DNA of 64,000 nucleotides from Octopus vulgaris. Its lineage: Eukaryota. Below the pieces are notes generated by a model. It ran no database searches. It was not told the DNA's origin and saw only the letters and a list, made by a program, of their open reading frames with translations. The stretch lies in contig OX597831.1 of NCBI GenBank assembly GCA_951406725.2, positions 41,230,001 through 41,294,000 on the forward strand, in the 5' to 3' direction. Position numbers and translations under genes: made by a program. Below are positions 13,400 to 27,148 of the stretch, one piece after another. The stretch's first letter is position 1. The number at the start of each line of letters is the position of its first letter.

Positions 13400-14981
13400 A
13401 AGGTCTCGATAGATGACCATTTACGCGAACTACCGCGCGGATGCCGCTGTATAGGGTAGCGATCCAACCGCGGAAGATGGGACTGAAACCAGCCGCTTTA
13501 AGGACAGCCTCCAAGTAGTGATGGTCTACCCTACCGAAGGCTTTTGATTGATCCAAATTGATCAGCGCCCCACCCATGTCAGGATCCTTAACTACCCTGT
13601 CTATGATGTAGCGCATCAGATGGAGGTTGTCATGGATACTCCTACCCGGCACGGCGCACGTTTGCGCCTTATCGACTAGTTTCAAATTTTCAAATCTGCA
13701 TTGAGCAGAGTGATGGGCCTGAAATTATCTATGACGTCCCCCTTGTTTGGATCTTTCTTTAGCAGTGCCACTGCTCCTCGCTTTACAAAGGCGGGGATAC
13801 TCCCGTTTTGCTGCCAGTTGCAGTAGACAACTGCCAAGACGCCTCCAAACAAGTCTGGCATATGACAATAAAGTTCGGAGGGCAGACCATCCAAGCCTGG
13901 TGACTTGTCTCTCGCGCAGCCTGCCATCGCATCCCGTACGTCCGCGGTTGTGATGGGTTTTTCACAACACTCCGCCACTCTTGCTGAGAGTCGTGGCAAG
14001 GCATGAAGGTAGGCACTAAAGTTCGCTCTGCGTTCTGACCCACCATTTGTCTCAAACAGTTGGGTAAAGTGTTGTTGAAAAGCCTCACACATCCTTTCAG
14101 GCTCAAGTAATTCGCGCCCCTGTTCATCTGTAAGTGACCTAATGGTGGCTCTCTTGCCTCGTTGCGTCTCCACCACTCGGGCCTCTCGGGCGGCTCCAAC
14201 TCCTTCGTTCCTCAGACCACGCATACTAGCTCTGACAACGCATCCTTCGTGTTCGGCGTTGAGGCGTTGGTCGAGGGCCAACCTCGCTGCCAGTTCGTTG
14301 GAAGCGGTGCCAGTTCTAAGTGCCTCTTCTAAATTCTTAACTAATTCTCCCTCTATTCTATTTCGGTCTAATGCTAGGGCCTTACTGTACCTAACCGATT
14401 CTGCTTTAATTGCTTCCTTTAGAGCATACCACCATCTGTTGTTGATGATGGCACCCGACAATGCTCTCTTAACTAATGTGCTAATCCGGTCGCTAAGCCT
14501 GGCGTGCCGTGAAAGACGCGTTCAGCTTCCAGTAACCAGGACCCTGCCTATGTGTCTTATCTAAGTCAAGTGTACAAGTCGCAAATTTGTGGTCTGTGTA
14601 GCTGACTATATGGAATTGTGGACAACCTACACTATCTTTATCTACTGTCCTACAAAATACTCTAAATACGATCTGGACGAGCCGATGTGGTTGCTCCATG
14701 TCCACATTGGCACGTTCGGGTGGTCCTGTCCGCACCTGTCAGACGGTTGGAAACGTCTGAGCAGATCTTTGAGGCATTTGCATCCCCTTCTATTACTATC
14801 TCTGCCCACGTAGTCTAGATGCGTGTCCAGGGTGGCGTTTCAATCCACCACCCCTGGACACGCATCTAGACTACATGGGCAGAGATAGTAATAGGAGGGG
14901 ATGCAAATGCCTCAAAGACCTGCTCAGACGTTTCCAACCGTCTGACAGGTGCGGACAGGACCACCCAAATGTGCCAATGTG

Positions 14982-14983
<2 letters not shown>
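13400..14983 (-). mobile_element. Tx1/L1-clade LINE ORF2 fragment (end of AP endonuclease to N-terminal RT), frameshifted, with a fold-back at its 5' side
   Basis: Motifs TDHK..GPGYWKLNAS, KSPGLDGLPSELY, NFRPITLLNADLKI, GRSIHDNL and LDQSKAFGRVDH in ORFs 14493-14735, 13682-14461 and 13386-13685. Confidence 0.9.
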
Positions 14984-15046
<63 letters not shown>

Positions 15047-15844
15047 AAATATCTTTTCATTCTTCTATCTGTTTACCTATCTATCGAGGGAAACAATAGT
15101 TAACTTTCAAATGGTTAGTGACAGACGAGTATGTAGGTAGGTATGTAGGTAGGTTGGTAGGTAGGTAGGTAGGTAGGTAGAATCAGTGAAAAGAGACTTT
15201 AGTATTGAAAAAAAAATGGTAGGGAATTACAGGCCTGTGATCATTTAAATTTATTCGATGAAACAATAAGTTTTTTTCCTTTTACGTGGTAGTAGCAATG
15301 GCGTCGGTGGCAGCGGTAGCAGCGGTGACGGAAGTGGTGACAGCGGTGGTGGTGGTGGTGGTGGTGGTAGAGAGTGTAACAGAGAAGAAAGCTGGGGAAA
15401 AAAATCAAAAAATATTTCTGATATATATCTTATGTAAAGCAAGCCACAAAAAAAATATTAATATATCAGGAATATCAAATTTATCTAGAGACTCGAATCA
15501 AATGGTTTATGATAATTTTTTTACTTCTTTATTGGTTTTTTTTTCGGTTTGCTGTTTTTTTTTTTCTGCGACAGAAAAGATGGAATGAGGTAAAGTTCTT
15601 AAGAAAACAAAGACTGTTTGAGCTTCCTATGTTGTTCCGTGTGGTTAACTGAACTAGTTCAATGTAAGTCTCCCGGGGCATTTAAAATCACATACATACT
15701 GTACGTAGATACACACACACACACGCATGCATGCAAGCATACATACATACATACATACATACATACATACATACATACATACATACATACATACGTAAAT
15801 ACATACATACACGCATACTGATAGCTAGCTAGCTCGATACACAG

Positions 15845-16121
<277 letters not shown>

Positions 16122-16447
16122 TGAGAGACAGACATATATATGTATACTTATATATACGTATATATGTAGACATATAAATAATATAAATATATACTAAATA
16201 TATTAACACATAAACCATAAACATACGTTAATGCAAATATATACATGATATACATACAATACAAAAGTATGCAAATACACATGATATATACTATAATATA
16301 TACACATATAATACTATATATACATATATGCATATACATGTTTGTATGTATAATATATATGTATATATATATACATATATGTGTGTGTATGTATACGTGT
16401 GTGTGTACGTATATGTATATATATATATATTTATATATATGTATATA

Positions 16448-16478
<31 letters not shown>

Positions 16479-17221
16479 TTGTATGTATGTACACAAGCAT
16501 ATGCAAATATACGTGCGTGTGCGCTCACGCGTGCACGTATGTATGTGTATATGCGTGTTCGTTTACAAGTGTTTCTGTATGTATGGGTTGATATATGAAT
16601 GGAAGGATATGTTAGGTACAGGTCTTGATTTGTTCCTGCCGATATTGACTGGCATTTTAAATTCCATTCCATCTCAGAACTTTGAAGCTCAACTGTCAAA
16701 GAATTCGAACCGGGGGAATTCAAATGTTTCGTTCTTAATAATATTGTTTCGATTGATTTAAATCGATTCTGATTTCCAACCAGATATGGTCTTTTGTCTT
16801 CTACACGAAAATAATAAACGGCTATTGATGTTCTCTAAAATCGATTAGTGGTGGTGGTGGTGGTGGTGGTGGTGGTGGTGGTGGTGGTGGTGGTGGTGGT
16901 GGTGGTGGTGGTGGTGGTGGTGGTGGTGGTGTGGGAGAGGTGTCTCACTTGCATCTTCTTCTTCTATATTTCTTATTCCAGCAGAGTTTAAGAAAACAGA
17001 ACTTCTTGCTTTCTTTTACCCGAGGACAAGGAAGAGAAGAGGAGCGATGAACAGGAAGACGAGCAGGACGAGATGTCGAAATTAGAGTTAAAATGGAAAT
17101 CTCTAAGGAATCGACGAATCGCGGTAATATATTCTGAAGCTAAGAAGACACAAACTTTGTCGATGTGACACTGAGCAATGTCACGAATGCACAGACGCGC
17201 ACGTGCATGTTTATATGCTCC

Positions 17222-17382
17222 GACGTGGTTGTGAGGATAGGAAGCTTACTTCTCAAACATGGGGTCTTAGTCCCACAATCTCATAGTGCTGCACCTTGGG
17301 CAAGTGTCTTCTACTATCGCTCCGGACCGACCAAAACCTCCTGAATGGATTTGGTAGACGGATATTGAAAGAATCCCGTAGT
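17222..17382 (+). mobile_element. SINE family B 5' half, diverged
   Basis: caccttgggcaagtgtcttctactat...tggatttggtagacgga. Confidence 0.7.
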
Positions 17383-17439
17383 ATGTGTGTGTGTGTGTGT
17401 GTGTGCGAGTGCGTATATATATATATATATATATATATA

Positions 17440-17481
<42 letters not shown>

Positions 17482-17578
17482 CATGTATAGGGGGATAATT
17501 CACAAAAAGCAAAAGATGAAGACAGGTGGTGTAGACAACAAACAGATGTATTAGTTTAACGCTCGGGAAGTGAAAAAG

Positions 17579-17616
17579 TCTTTAACGTTTCGAGCCTACG
17601 CTCTTCCACAGAAAGA
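17579..17616 (-). ncRNA. Minimal hammerhead-like motif (A6U variant core)
   Basis: tcttt-CTGTGGA-agagc(gtag)gctc-GAAA-cg-TT-aaaga. Stems I and II pair; the core is altered at position 6. Confidence 0.5.
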
Positions 17617-17994
17617 AACAAGGAGAGAAAATAAAGAATGTGTAGTGGCTAGCGATCTATCATGGCGAATGCCGGACAGAAGGGTCACACAGGAGAGCTA
17701 GGAAGAAGGGGAGATAATAAAGTAGTGGCGATCCCAAAACGAAGGTACGCGCGCGTGTGTACAAGAGAGCATGTATGTGCGTGTGGAAGAGGGCTGGTGA
17801 CCTTAACATGTGCGTGTGTGTATGTGTAGGTGTGTGGATTTGGGGCTGGGAAGTGGTCAGTGCTAGTGTGTACGTGGTGGTGTGATGTGAAGTGATGTGT
17901 TGTGTGGTGTGGTGTGTTGTGATGGTGTTGGGATGTGGGGGAGGCGAGAGTGGGAAAAGCAAGGGTGGGGTGTGGGTTAAGCTGAGGGTAGGGG

Positions 17995-18135
17995 TGATAT
18001 AGAATAATCTTTCGTCATATCGCGGTTCACCCATCGCGCCCTCAGTACTTCGCGGATTTTTCAGGCTAATATATGCAAATTCATATCGCAGTCTCCTCAG
18101 TATATCGCGCGTTTCTGCAGCCAAGAGGTATATAT
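17995..18135. mobile_element. Possible DNA-transposon/MITE terminal fragment
   Basis: catatcgcggttcac...cgcggattttt, repeated imperfectly. Family not identified. Confidence 0.25.
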
Positions 18136-18297
18136 ATTTTCTTAGATTTTAATTATTTCTGTGGATCGTTTTCGAACGTAACACTCGCGATAGTCGAAAG
18201 ATCACTATGTGTGTGTGTGTGTAAAGAGCTAGAGAGAGAAACAGACAAGTATGCGGGTAAACAAATTAAATATAATAGCTTGGGTTTGATATACAAA

Positions 18298-18336
<39 letters not shown>

Positions 18337-18671
18337 ACATAAATAGAAAGAAAGCATCCACATCGACTCACCTGGATTCTTATAGCCACTCTTTACCCCA
18401 TGGAATTGGTCGCCTGTAAAGAGATCGGAATCTAAGTTCCTATCATTTGAGCGCTATGAAGTGTTTTCTATATCGAGAATCTCTGGATATCATCTGTTGC
18501 TTATATACATACATGCATGCATACATACATACATACATACATACATGCATGCATGCATGCATACATACATACATACATACATACACATACATACATACAT
18601 ACATACATACATACATACATACATACATACATACATACATACATACATACATACATACATACATACATACA

Positions 18672-18745
<74 letters not shown>

Positions 18746-18901
18746 CAAGAAAAAAGCAACAAGAATGGATCGGTTGCTTTTTTCTTGGTTATAATCAACC
18801 CACATAATTTTATGGTTAATACCATAAAGAATTCTGGTGCATCTAAGTTAAGTACCATATTCATTTGAATTCATTTGAATCTTAATTGTTTTGCTGAAAT
18901 T

Positions 18902-18950
<49 letters not shown>

Positions 18951-18952
<2 letters not shown>

Positions 18953-19128
18953 ACGGCGGGGATCCCCTTCGGTCACGAATGACCATGGGATTGCACCTAG
19001 AAAGTTACCCTCCGAGGCACAAGTCCGGGCAAGGCTGTTTATGGAAGACCAGCAGTCGCCCATGCATACCAGCCTCCTCTCTCCGCGCCACCGATGTTAT
19101 CCAAGGGACAGGCAAAGGCCGATACAGC
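18951..19128 (-). mobile_element. 3' part of an interspersed retroposon (SINE or RTE-like tail)
   Basis: GC-rich island next to (TA)n, ending ...ggtcattcgtgaccgaagggg on the minus strand. Assigned by resemblance only. Confidence 0.35.
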
Positions 19129-19278
19129 TTGTGTGTGTTGACACAGCTTGTGTGTGTTGACACAGCTTGTGTGTGTTGACACAGCTTGTGTGTGTTGACA
19201 CAGCTTGTGTGTGTGTGTTGACACAGTGTGTGTGTTGACACAGTGTGTGTGTTGACACAGTGTGTGTGTTGACACAGT
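19124..19278. repeat. 17-19-bp minisatellite (acagcttgtgtgtgttgac)
   Basis: About 8 visible units. Confidence 0.9.
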
Positions 19279-19959
19279 GACCCACGATACTACAAAATCT
19301 GTTTCAAAACATGATCTCACATCAAAAATCTTGCAAACCTAATAGAAAAATATGTAATTTCACAATATTTATAATAATTTATGTTATAACGAGAACAGCA
19401 AATGCGCATAAAACAGAAAAAAAAACTGCTGAAAGAATTATAAAAATATAATAAATAAACCAATCTAGATTAGAAAAACAATAATGGCCATATTTGGAAT
19501 ATGTTATATCGATTTAGAAAAGGAAGAAAGAATTTATATATACAGTCCACAGATGAGATCCAGATATTCTTTGAAGAGAAGACACTGATGTGCTCAAATG
19601 ATTCTAACTTAGACTCCGGTATATTTACAAGGGACCAATTCCACGGGGTAAAGAATGGCTATAAGAGGGATCAGGTTGAGCGGGTATAGAAGCAGTTACT
19701 GGAAAAATCAAATTAGACTCATCAAATATATTAAATATATTAAGTACACCAAATACTAAATATGTACATAAGTATATATGCAAAACGAGAGAAAGCAAAA
19801 GGTGGAAACTTTCAGATGATGAATTTATATGTATAAATGTATACATCTAATATAAATAGGTCCAACTTACACAGAGTACAAATGATAAAGAAATGTAAAG
19901 GGCAAGAATAAAGGTATTATGAGTCCATAATACATAATAGTTTATTGATCTCGATACAT

Positions 19960-20185
19960 AATAATTTATTGATCTCGAAAGGATAAAAGGCAAAGTCGAC
20001 CTCGGCGGAATTTGAACTCTAAATGTAGCGACGGGCGAACCACAGAAAGCTCTATAATGAAGGTTTCAAATTTTGCCACAAGGGCAACGATTCTGGGGGT
20101 GGGGATTACATCGACCCCAGTGTTCAACTGGAACTTGTTTTATGGGTGGAATTTGAACTCAGAACGTAACGACGAGCGAAATGCA
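19960..20185 (-). mobile_element. SINE family A fragments
   Basis: aaaggcaaagtcgacctcggcggaatttgaactc and a second gaatttgaactcagaacgtaac. Confidence 0.7.
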
Positions 20186-20780
20186 GAAAGCTTTATAATA
20201 ATGACACCTGGTATGTATATACATATTGGTTTCGCTTATTTGGGATACCCAAGTATATTTTTTCGTATTTTTCCCTGATTGGCTTGGTTTCGTAATCAAT
20301 TTCGCAGATTTGTTTACCTAAAGCCATAGACTACTCGAAGATTATTATGAAAGCTATTCAAAGTTCCAGTTTGTATACCGAAAAACTGAGACAGAAACGA
20401 CTTTACCAATTCTGTATAATTAACAACATTTAAATCTTATCATATGAGACAAAATATTCTCATATACAAATTAAACTCAAAAAGAGCGGCGAACCACGAG
20501 AAATAAACCGGGCTAATATTGTGAATAAATAATTCTCACAGTATTTTTTTGTCCTCAAACACATTATTTCATATCAGATAGAGATATAAATATTAATATT
20601 TTCACACTCTTAAGTATCAGTTACGAGAATCAACGCTTTCTTGAGATTATATTCATACTTATCTCATAACAAAGAAAAAATAAAACTAAGCCACCGAATA
20701 AGAAAGCGATGTAACATTAAATGAATTCATACTCAAAGTACTTCCTTTCTTCAAAAACTATTTTTTCACGGCAAAATACC

Positions 20781-20874
<94 letters not shown>

Positions 20875-21203
20875 CATGGTCTCTAGCACCACTGTAAATG
20901 CCATCATCTCTCTCCACATATGTTCGTTCTAATCTCTCACGCGAATCAAGCGGAGATAAAGCAAACCACGAAGAAATAACCGGTGTAACGTTTGAATAAA
21001 TTTATTTCTTATATTTCCTTTCACCAAAAAATTCTTGTTTGCTTGCTGGATGGTTTATTTTATTTTATTCTTTTCTTTTCTTTTTCTTTTTTTTTTTCAC
21101 AGATATAAGGATATAAATATTTATTTTTAATGTTTTCATGCTCTCAAATATCACTGCAAACACTACCACCACCACCAACACAAACACACACACACACACA
21201 CAA

Positions 21204-21237
<34 letters not shown>

Positions 21238-21440
21238 TGCCTCGTCGTTAGAGTGTCGCACGTACGATCGCAAGGTGGCGATTTCGATACTTGGACCAGG
21301 TGGTGCGTAGTGTTCTTGAACAAAACACTTCATTCGTCACTTCCACATCTGACGTACGACATATTAGTTTGATGGAGGGAGTAAGCTTAATGCACAGCAC
21401 AAATATTGGATCTTTTCCGTTTCATCGGCAGATCGAGAAA

Positions 21441-22060
21441 TTAATTTTTTGTAACTAAACACTTTCAAACTTCGGACACTGGTAGAATGTGTCATATAAA
21501 ACATATTTTACTCCTAGCGTTTTTGAGAAAAGTTTATATTTCCAAAGTTATTTCGTGTTAAAGTTGTCGTATTTCGGTAATTTCAACCAATCAATGACGT
21601 GTATTCGGCTGAATAAAATTACTGCTACTCTGTGTTGATAAAGAGCAATAACCCAGAAACCGGTCCACAAATGTCATCTGCCAACCTTATGGCAGAAGTG
21701 GTTACAGCGTTGCGTGCCCGACGGATAGCACTCTTTCGTGGGGTGTCTGCGGCCCTTGCGTCAGCAGCACGCACTCGATAGATTTCACCCTACTCTTGAG
21801 TAGCTGCAGCTCTAGCAGCGGAAGTTCTTTTCTACAGTCGGATCTTTACCATTTTGACCTACAGATTTTTAAAATAATTTTTTGTAACTAAACACTTTCA
21901 AACTTCGGACACTGGTAGAATGTGTCATATAAAACCTATTTTACTCTTAGCGTTTTTGAGAAAAGTTTATATTTCCAAAGTTATTTCGTGTTAAAGTTGT
22001 CGTATTTCGGTAATTTCAACCAATCAATGACGTGTATTCAGCTGAATGAAATTACTGCTG
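21441..22060 (+). repeat. Direct duplication of a ~185-bp segment (21441-21626 and 21876-22060)
   Basis: Near-identical aatttttttgtaactaaacactttcaaacttcggacactgg...attactgct. Confidence 0.85.
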
Positions 22061-22254
22061 GTAGTTTGTCAACAACAACTTCCGGCGGTGTATATTTCAT
22101 TTGTCACTGTTATTTATGACATATTTCATCTCAGTTACGTTCGTATGAATAAACGAGTGTATCTGAAGCACGTTTACTTCATGGCACCACCATAATCGTT
22201 CGTACACTTCTACTGCTATTTAGGGTTTTTTTTCCTGTTTTTCAGCTACTATTT

Positions 22255-22380
22255 TCAGAAAGACTTCCTCCCGTCGCCCTTCCACCCAATTTCTCCCAAG
22301 TTATTGTTTTTTTTTTTTAGTTTTTTTTTTTTTGCCAAAACCCAACTTTTCGGATACGGAGATTCCGGAAAAAAAGGGTT
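22255..22380 (+). repeat. Interspersed repeat fragment, also at 63468-63590
   Basis: Both share ttcctcccgtc...ttattgttttttt...tgccaaaa.ccca..ttttcggatacggagattccgg. Confidence 0.65.
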
Positions 22381-22553
22381 CATACACATGTCTATATATC
22401 CACATGCACAAGTGCATGTACGTATATAGACATGTGTATGAACCCCCTTTTTTGTGCGCGTGTGTGTGTATGTGCGAGCGTGTATGCGGGTATGTATATA
22501 ATTTTTGGCGAATGTGTGGTGAGCATGTTTGTGTTTCAAGTGAGGGTGGATGA

Positions 22554-22623
<70 letters not shown>

Positions 22624-22821
22624 AGTGTAAACAGAGAGGTTATAATAACCGACTTAGGGATAAAATATCCGTATATACTATCGGTATCCGTGTTACCCGT
22701 ATTATCCCCAGGCATTGGTTTGCAGGCACACCATTCACGTAGAGTGCAGACAAAAACAGGATAAACAAGAGTTTATATGTGTCTATTAATCTGAGCTTTT
22801 TTCAATATTCTTATTATTTGC

Positions 22822-22876
<55 letters not shown>

Positions 22877-23314
22877 GAGTGTATTTTTACCTTGTTAACA
22901 ATTAACACGGAAAAATAAATAAATAGTTACCAGGGCAGCAAAAATCTCACAAGTAAAGGTGTTGTAACTCCTTGTTTATAAAGGTAGAAACTCCTCTGCA
23001 ATTCTGAGCTATTTTTCATTATTTTTTCTAAAAATACTCTAGTAAACACGGTTATAGAGCGAGCATACAGATGTAAGCATTGGCAAAAACATACATTTAG
23101 TGCATATAAGTAGTCTCTATCATTATATATAATTTAAACTTTAATTTCCTTTATATTTAACATTCACTATTAATATCCCTACTCTTTCTGTTAGCTTCTT
23201 ATGACGTTATATCATATAACGTTTTTTTAAACAATATTAATAGCGTTCTGTCTATCGCTATACAAACCCATCATTTTTTGCTAAAATGTCGTATTGACGA
23301 GTTTCGTTTTTTTC

Positions 23315-23400
23315 ACTTTCCCGAAGAGAAGATTGCATTGTTTATACCATTTATTCTTTTGAATAGTATGAGTGGAATTTTCGAAACATGTGTCGAAAGT
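23315..23400 (+). ncRNA. Type I hammerhead motif, U4C core, long stem II, in a (TA)n-flanked insert (22870-23443)
   Basis: actttc-CCGAAGA-gaagatt...aattttc-GAAA-ca(tg)tg-TC-gaaagt. Stem I is a perfect 6 bp with a GUC site. The insert shares ggg(c/t)agcaaaaatct with 11222-11496. Confidence 0.75.
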
Positions 23401-23457
23401 AAAAATACTTGTTTACACCTGCGTTAATTCCATTTTTTATTCATATATATATATATA

Positions 23458-23839
23458 TAAGAAAATAGTAAAGAGTGAAAAAACGACGGAAGGCTTAAAT
23501 GTTAAAAAATATATATATTTGCGTCAAAATGTCTGGAGAATATTGGAAAAATTTATTTCCCTCCTTAAAATGACATAATTTTATAATTTTTAAAGGATTA
23601 CGTTATTAAAAATAAACATTAAGTCACAAGAAATTTGAAGAGCTAACTGCGAAACCGGTATTTCTTTAAAAATTATAAAATTATGTCATTTTAAGGAGGG
23701 AAATAAATTTTTCCAATATTCTCCAGACATTTTGACGCAAATATATATATTTTTTAACATTTAAGCCTTCTGTCGTTTTTTCACTCTTTACTGTTTTCTT
23801 ATATATTCACCCACGTGCTTTACCAAACAAACTTTCTTA

Positions 23840-23841
<2 letters not shown>
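23458..23841. mobile_element. Fold-back insert in (TA)n with a hammerhead-like motif in the spacer
   Basis: Arms 23458-23594 and 23664-23801 plus a ~37-nt tail. Motif aagaaat-TTGAAGA-gc(taact)gc-GAAA-ccgg-TA-tttctt at 23628-23666. Confidence 0.7.
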
Positions 23842-23908
<67 letters not shown>

Positions 23909-24082
23909 TGGCAGGGCTTACTGCTAGGGAGTCGGCCATATGCTAGAAATAGACCATCAACGGTCAAACTACAAGGAAATTCTCTAGAGGAAAAATACAG
24001 CGAACACCAGAACCAATTTTGGCGGGCATGACAGATGAAAATTTATATAAAAAACAGAATTAATTTATCTCCCTCATTATTT

Positions 24083-24155
<73 letters not shown>

Positions 24156-24198
24156 TTAATGGGTGATGAAAAAACAGGAGTTATGTTATCACCTTCGT

Positions 24199-24282
24199 GA
24201 GCTTACAGCCGTTTCTGCTAAAAGAATCGAAGCTGTAAGAGCTGGGTGCTTCAGCAACATACTATAGCTTCCTCGGAGTCTC
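24199..24282 (-). ncRNA. Degenerate hammerhead-like motif (U4C core)
   Basis: gagact-CCGAGGA-agcta...tagca-GAAA-c(ggct)g-TA-agctc, adjacent to (TA)n. Confidence 0.5.
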
Positions 24283-24337
24283 TAAAAACTGAATCCTAAC
24301 GAGCTATTTGTATCGCCAAGCGTATGCGAAATTATAC

Positions 24338-24386
<49 letters not shown>

Positions 24387-24609
24387 ATATATATAAGCAT
24401 ACAAACCTGTATGCACGTGTGTGTATGTGTGTGGGGTGAGCGCTCGCGTTACTCGCACGTGCTAGAATCGTGGAGTTCATAGAGGGAAAGAAATAGCGTC
24501 GTATGCGGCATTTGTGGTTTTCTGAAGATAATTATCGAAAGAAGAGAGACCTTTTCTACCGGATAACTCCACCCTTTATAATAACAATATCGTTAAGAAT
24601 AACAAAATG

Positions 24610-24702
<93 letters not shown>

Positions 24703-24885
24703 CAGCCTTTTTGTTAGCCACAAGGTCGGGAAGAAAATCAGAAAAATAGTTAACAAACATTAAGCCTGATGTGTGGGATAAAACGGGGATATTACACAAG
24801 AGTGCTGGGTGGGGCTGACAGATATTATACAACAGGTGAAAGGATGAAAGGTAAGGTTAATCTCTCTCTGGATGTGTGTGTGTGC

Positions 24886-24923
<38 letters not shown>

Positions 24924-25248
24924 CAAAATGGGACAAGAACGCAAAACATTCAGATAGACGATACAAAAAACACGGACGGGTCATTCGAAGCCTTTAATCT
25001 TCAGTCAAGAACCGGATCATCCACGCAATTTCGACTGATTAATCTTGAGATTGCTCCAATCTGACCAGCCCCACGGAAAAACTAAGCTAAGAGCATTAGA
25101 TTCCTTGGGAAAAGGATCGAATGTATACGAAACAAGGACGGAAAAACGGACGATGTTACACGAATATAAATACAAAAATAATACAAAAAAACAACAATAA
25201 CAATAATAATAACAGGACATAACAACAGGCGTCTTTCGACTGGAGACG

Positions 25249-25287
<39 letters not shown>

Positions 25288-25360
25288 GTATGTTGACCTC
25301 GTGAAGACCACTTGCATTTTTTCCCTCTGTCCTCCCACCTCGGGATCTTTCTTTCTCCTA

Positions 25361-25397
25361 TGTTTCCGACGAAGAGCTCCGCTCGAAACGTCATACC
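25361..25397 (+). ncRNA. Minimal hammerhead-like motif (U4C core) in a (TA)n-flanked insert (25285-25492)
   Basis: CCGACGA-agagc(tcc)gctc-GAAA-cg-TC. Stem I is weak. Confidence 0.55.
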
Positions 25398-25493
25398 CTC
25401 CTTCTTCCCTTTTTTCCTGAGCGCCTAATAATACTTTAATTGTTCCACCTCCTCGCGTTGTTGTCTTTTTTGTTTTCTTGTTTGGATTAACTT

Positions 25494-25571
<78 letters not shown>

Positions 25572-26240
25572 CGTTATTAATTAACGATTATCAATCCGGG
25601 CAAAATACTTCTTAAAGCTTTCCCTTAATAATACATATACACCAGGCTGTCAGAAGGCCACCAGATTGGTATAGAACTCCAGGCAAGATCCGAAGTTCAA
25701 GTCCATCACCAGTCGACTTTGTAAACCTATGGTTGCAGTCTCCAGTTCATATGGTATGTTGTCACAGAGCGATATTCAAGAAAGTACATAAATAACGAAC
25801 TTTGCACATTTAGGCATTTGTTCAGGTCGTTCAATTTCTTATAATCGATCTGTCGCTTTAAGATGCGATGCACTCATGGTTGAGTTCTTGAGTGTCACCT
25901 TGTGGCTTCGACGGATATAATTTCCGCATACGACCGTTTCAAACGGCAATATAAACGTGTAAGAAAAAAACCATCATTTGAAACGATCGTATGTGGAAAT
26001 TAAATTCTAACTTGAACTTTTAACATCTCTTCTCCATTTTTCTCATTGTTAGTAGTGTTTTATATAAGATTTTATGTTATACATGCCATTAACAAACTTT
26101 TTACTTGTTATTTTCATATTTTAATTGCTTTTGTTTTTTGCAGGCTATCATTTTGATATGATGTATATTTATTAGAAATATTTCTTTTTGGACTCCCAAA
26201 AAAGTTTTGAATTGTTCTACTTGAACATATTCTTTCATAC

Positions 26241-26324
<84 letters not shown>

Positions 26325-26326
<2 letters not shown>

Positions 26327-26652
26327 TCTCTTTTACTTGTTTCAGTCATGTGACTGTGGCCATGCTGGAGCACCGCCTTTAGTCGAGCAAATCCACCCCA
26401 GAACTTATTCTTTGTAAGCCTAGTACTTATTTTATAGGTCGCTTTTGCCGAACCACTAAGTTACGGGGACATAAACGCACCAGCATCGGTTGTCAAGCGA
26501 TGTTGGGGGACAAACACATACACACAAACATATACACACACATACATATATATACACATATATACGACGAGCTTCTTTCAGTTTCCGTCTACCAAATCCA
26601 CTCACAAGGCTTTGGTCGGCCCGAAGCTATAGTAAAAGACACTTGCCCAAGG

Positions 26653-26657
<5 letters not shown>
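26325..26657 (-). mobile_element. SINE family B, 5'-truncated
   Basis: Reverse complement of the 5319-5727 body and tail. Confidence 0.85.
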
Positions 26658-26689
<32 letters not shown>

Positions 26690-26958
26690 TGAAATCCAAA
26701 GATACGATGGCAAAATCTATAGGCACAAGAGAGGAAAAAATGAGAAGCACCAAATGACCTAGATGTGTAGTTGATCGAATTTCGGTCCTTTTCTGTGCAT
26801 AAAGCGTTTCTCAAAAATTGTGTATGATCAAATAATGCAAGTCAGTCGGACGTTTCAAAATGTCCTGCTAAGGGAGTCTTTTCTCACGATTGAATATAAA
26901 TAGTAAAATGATATGGATAAAGAGAAAGAGAGGGAAAGAAAAATATTCGCGCGCGCGC

Positions 26959-27068
<110 letters not shown>

Positions 27069-27148
27069 CTGTGCGTAATGGTGTATGGAAAACAAATGTA
27101 TATGAGAGGTATCGTGCGTGTATTTGTGTATGTGTTGCATGGAAATTT

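Noticed and set aside
17019-17132. Possible minus-strand exon (ttcag|...YITAIRRFLRDF...|gtaaaa)
   Set aside because: A short open frame with weak splice signals and no recognisable homology or partner exons.
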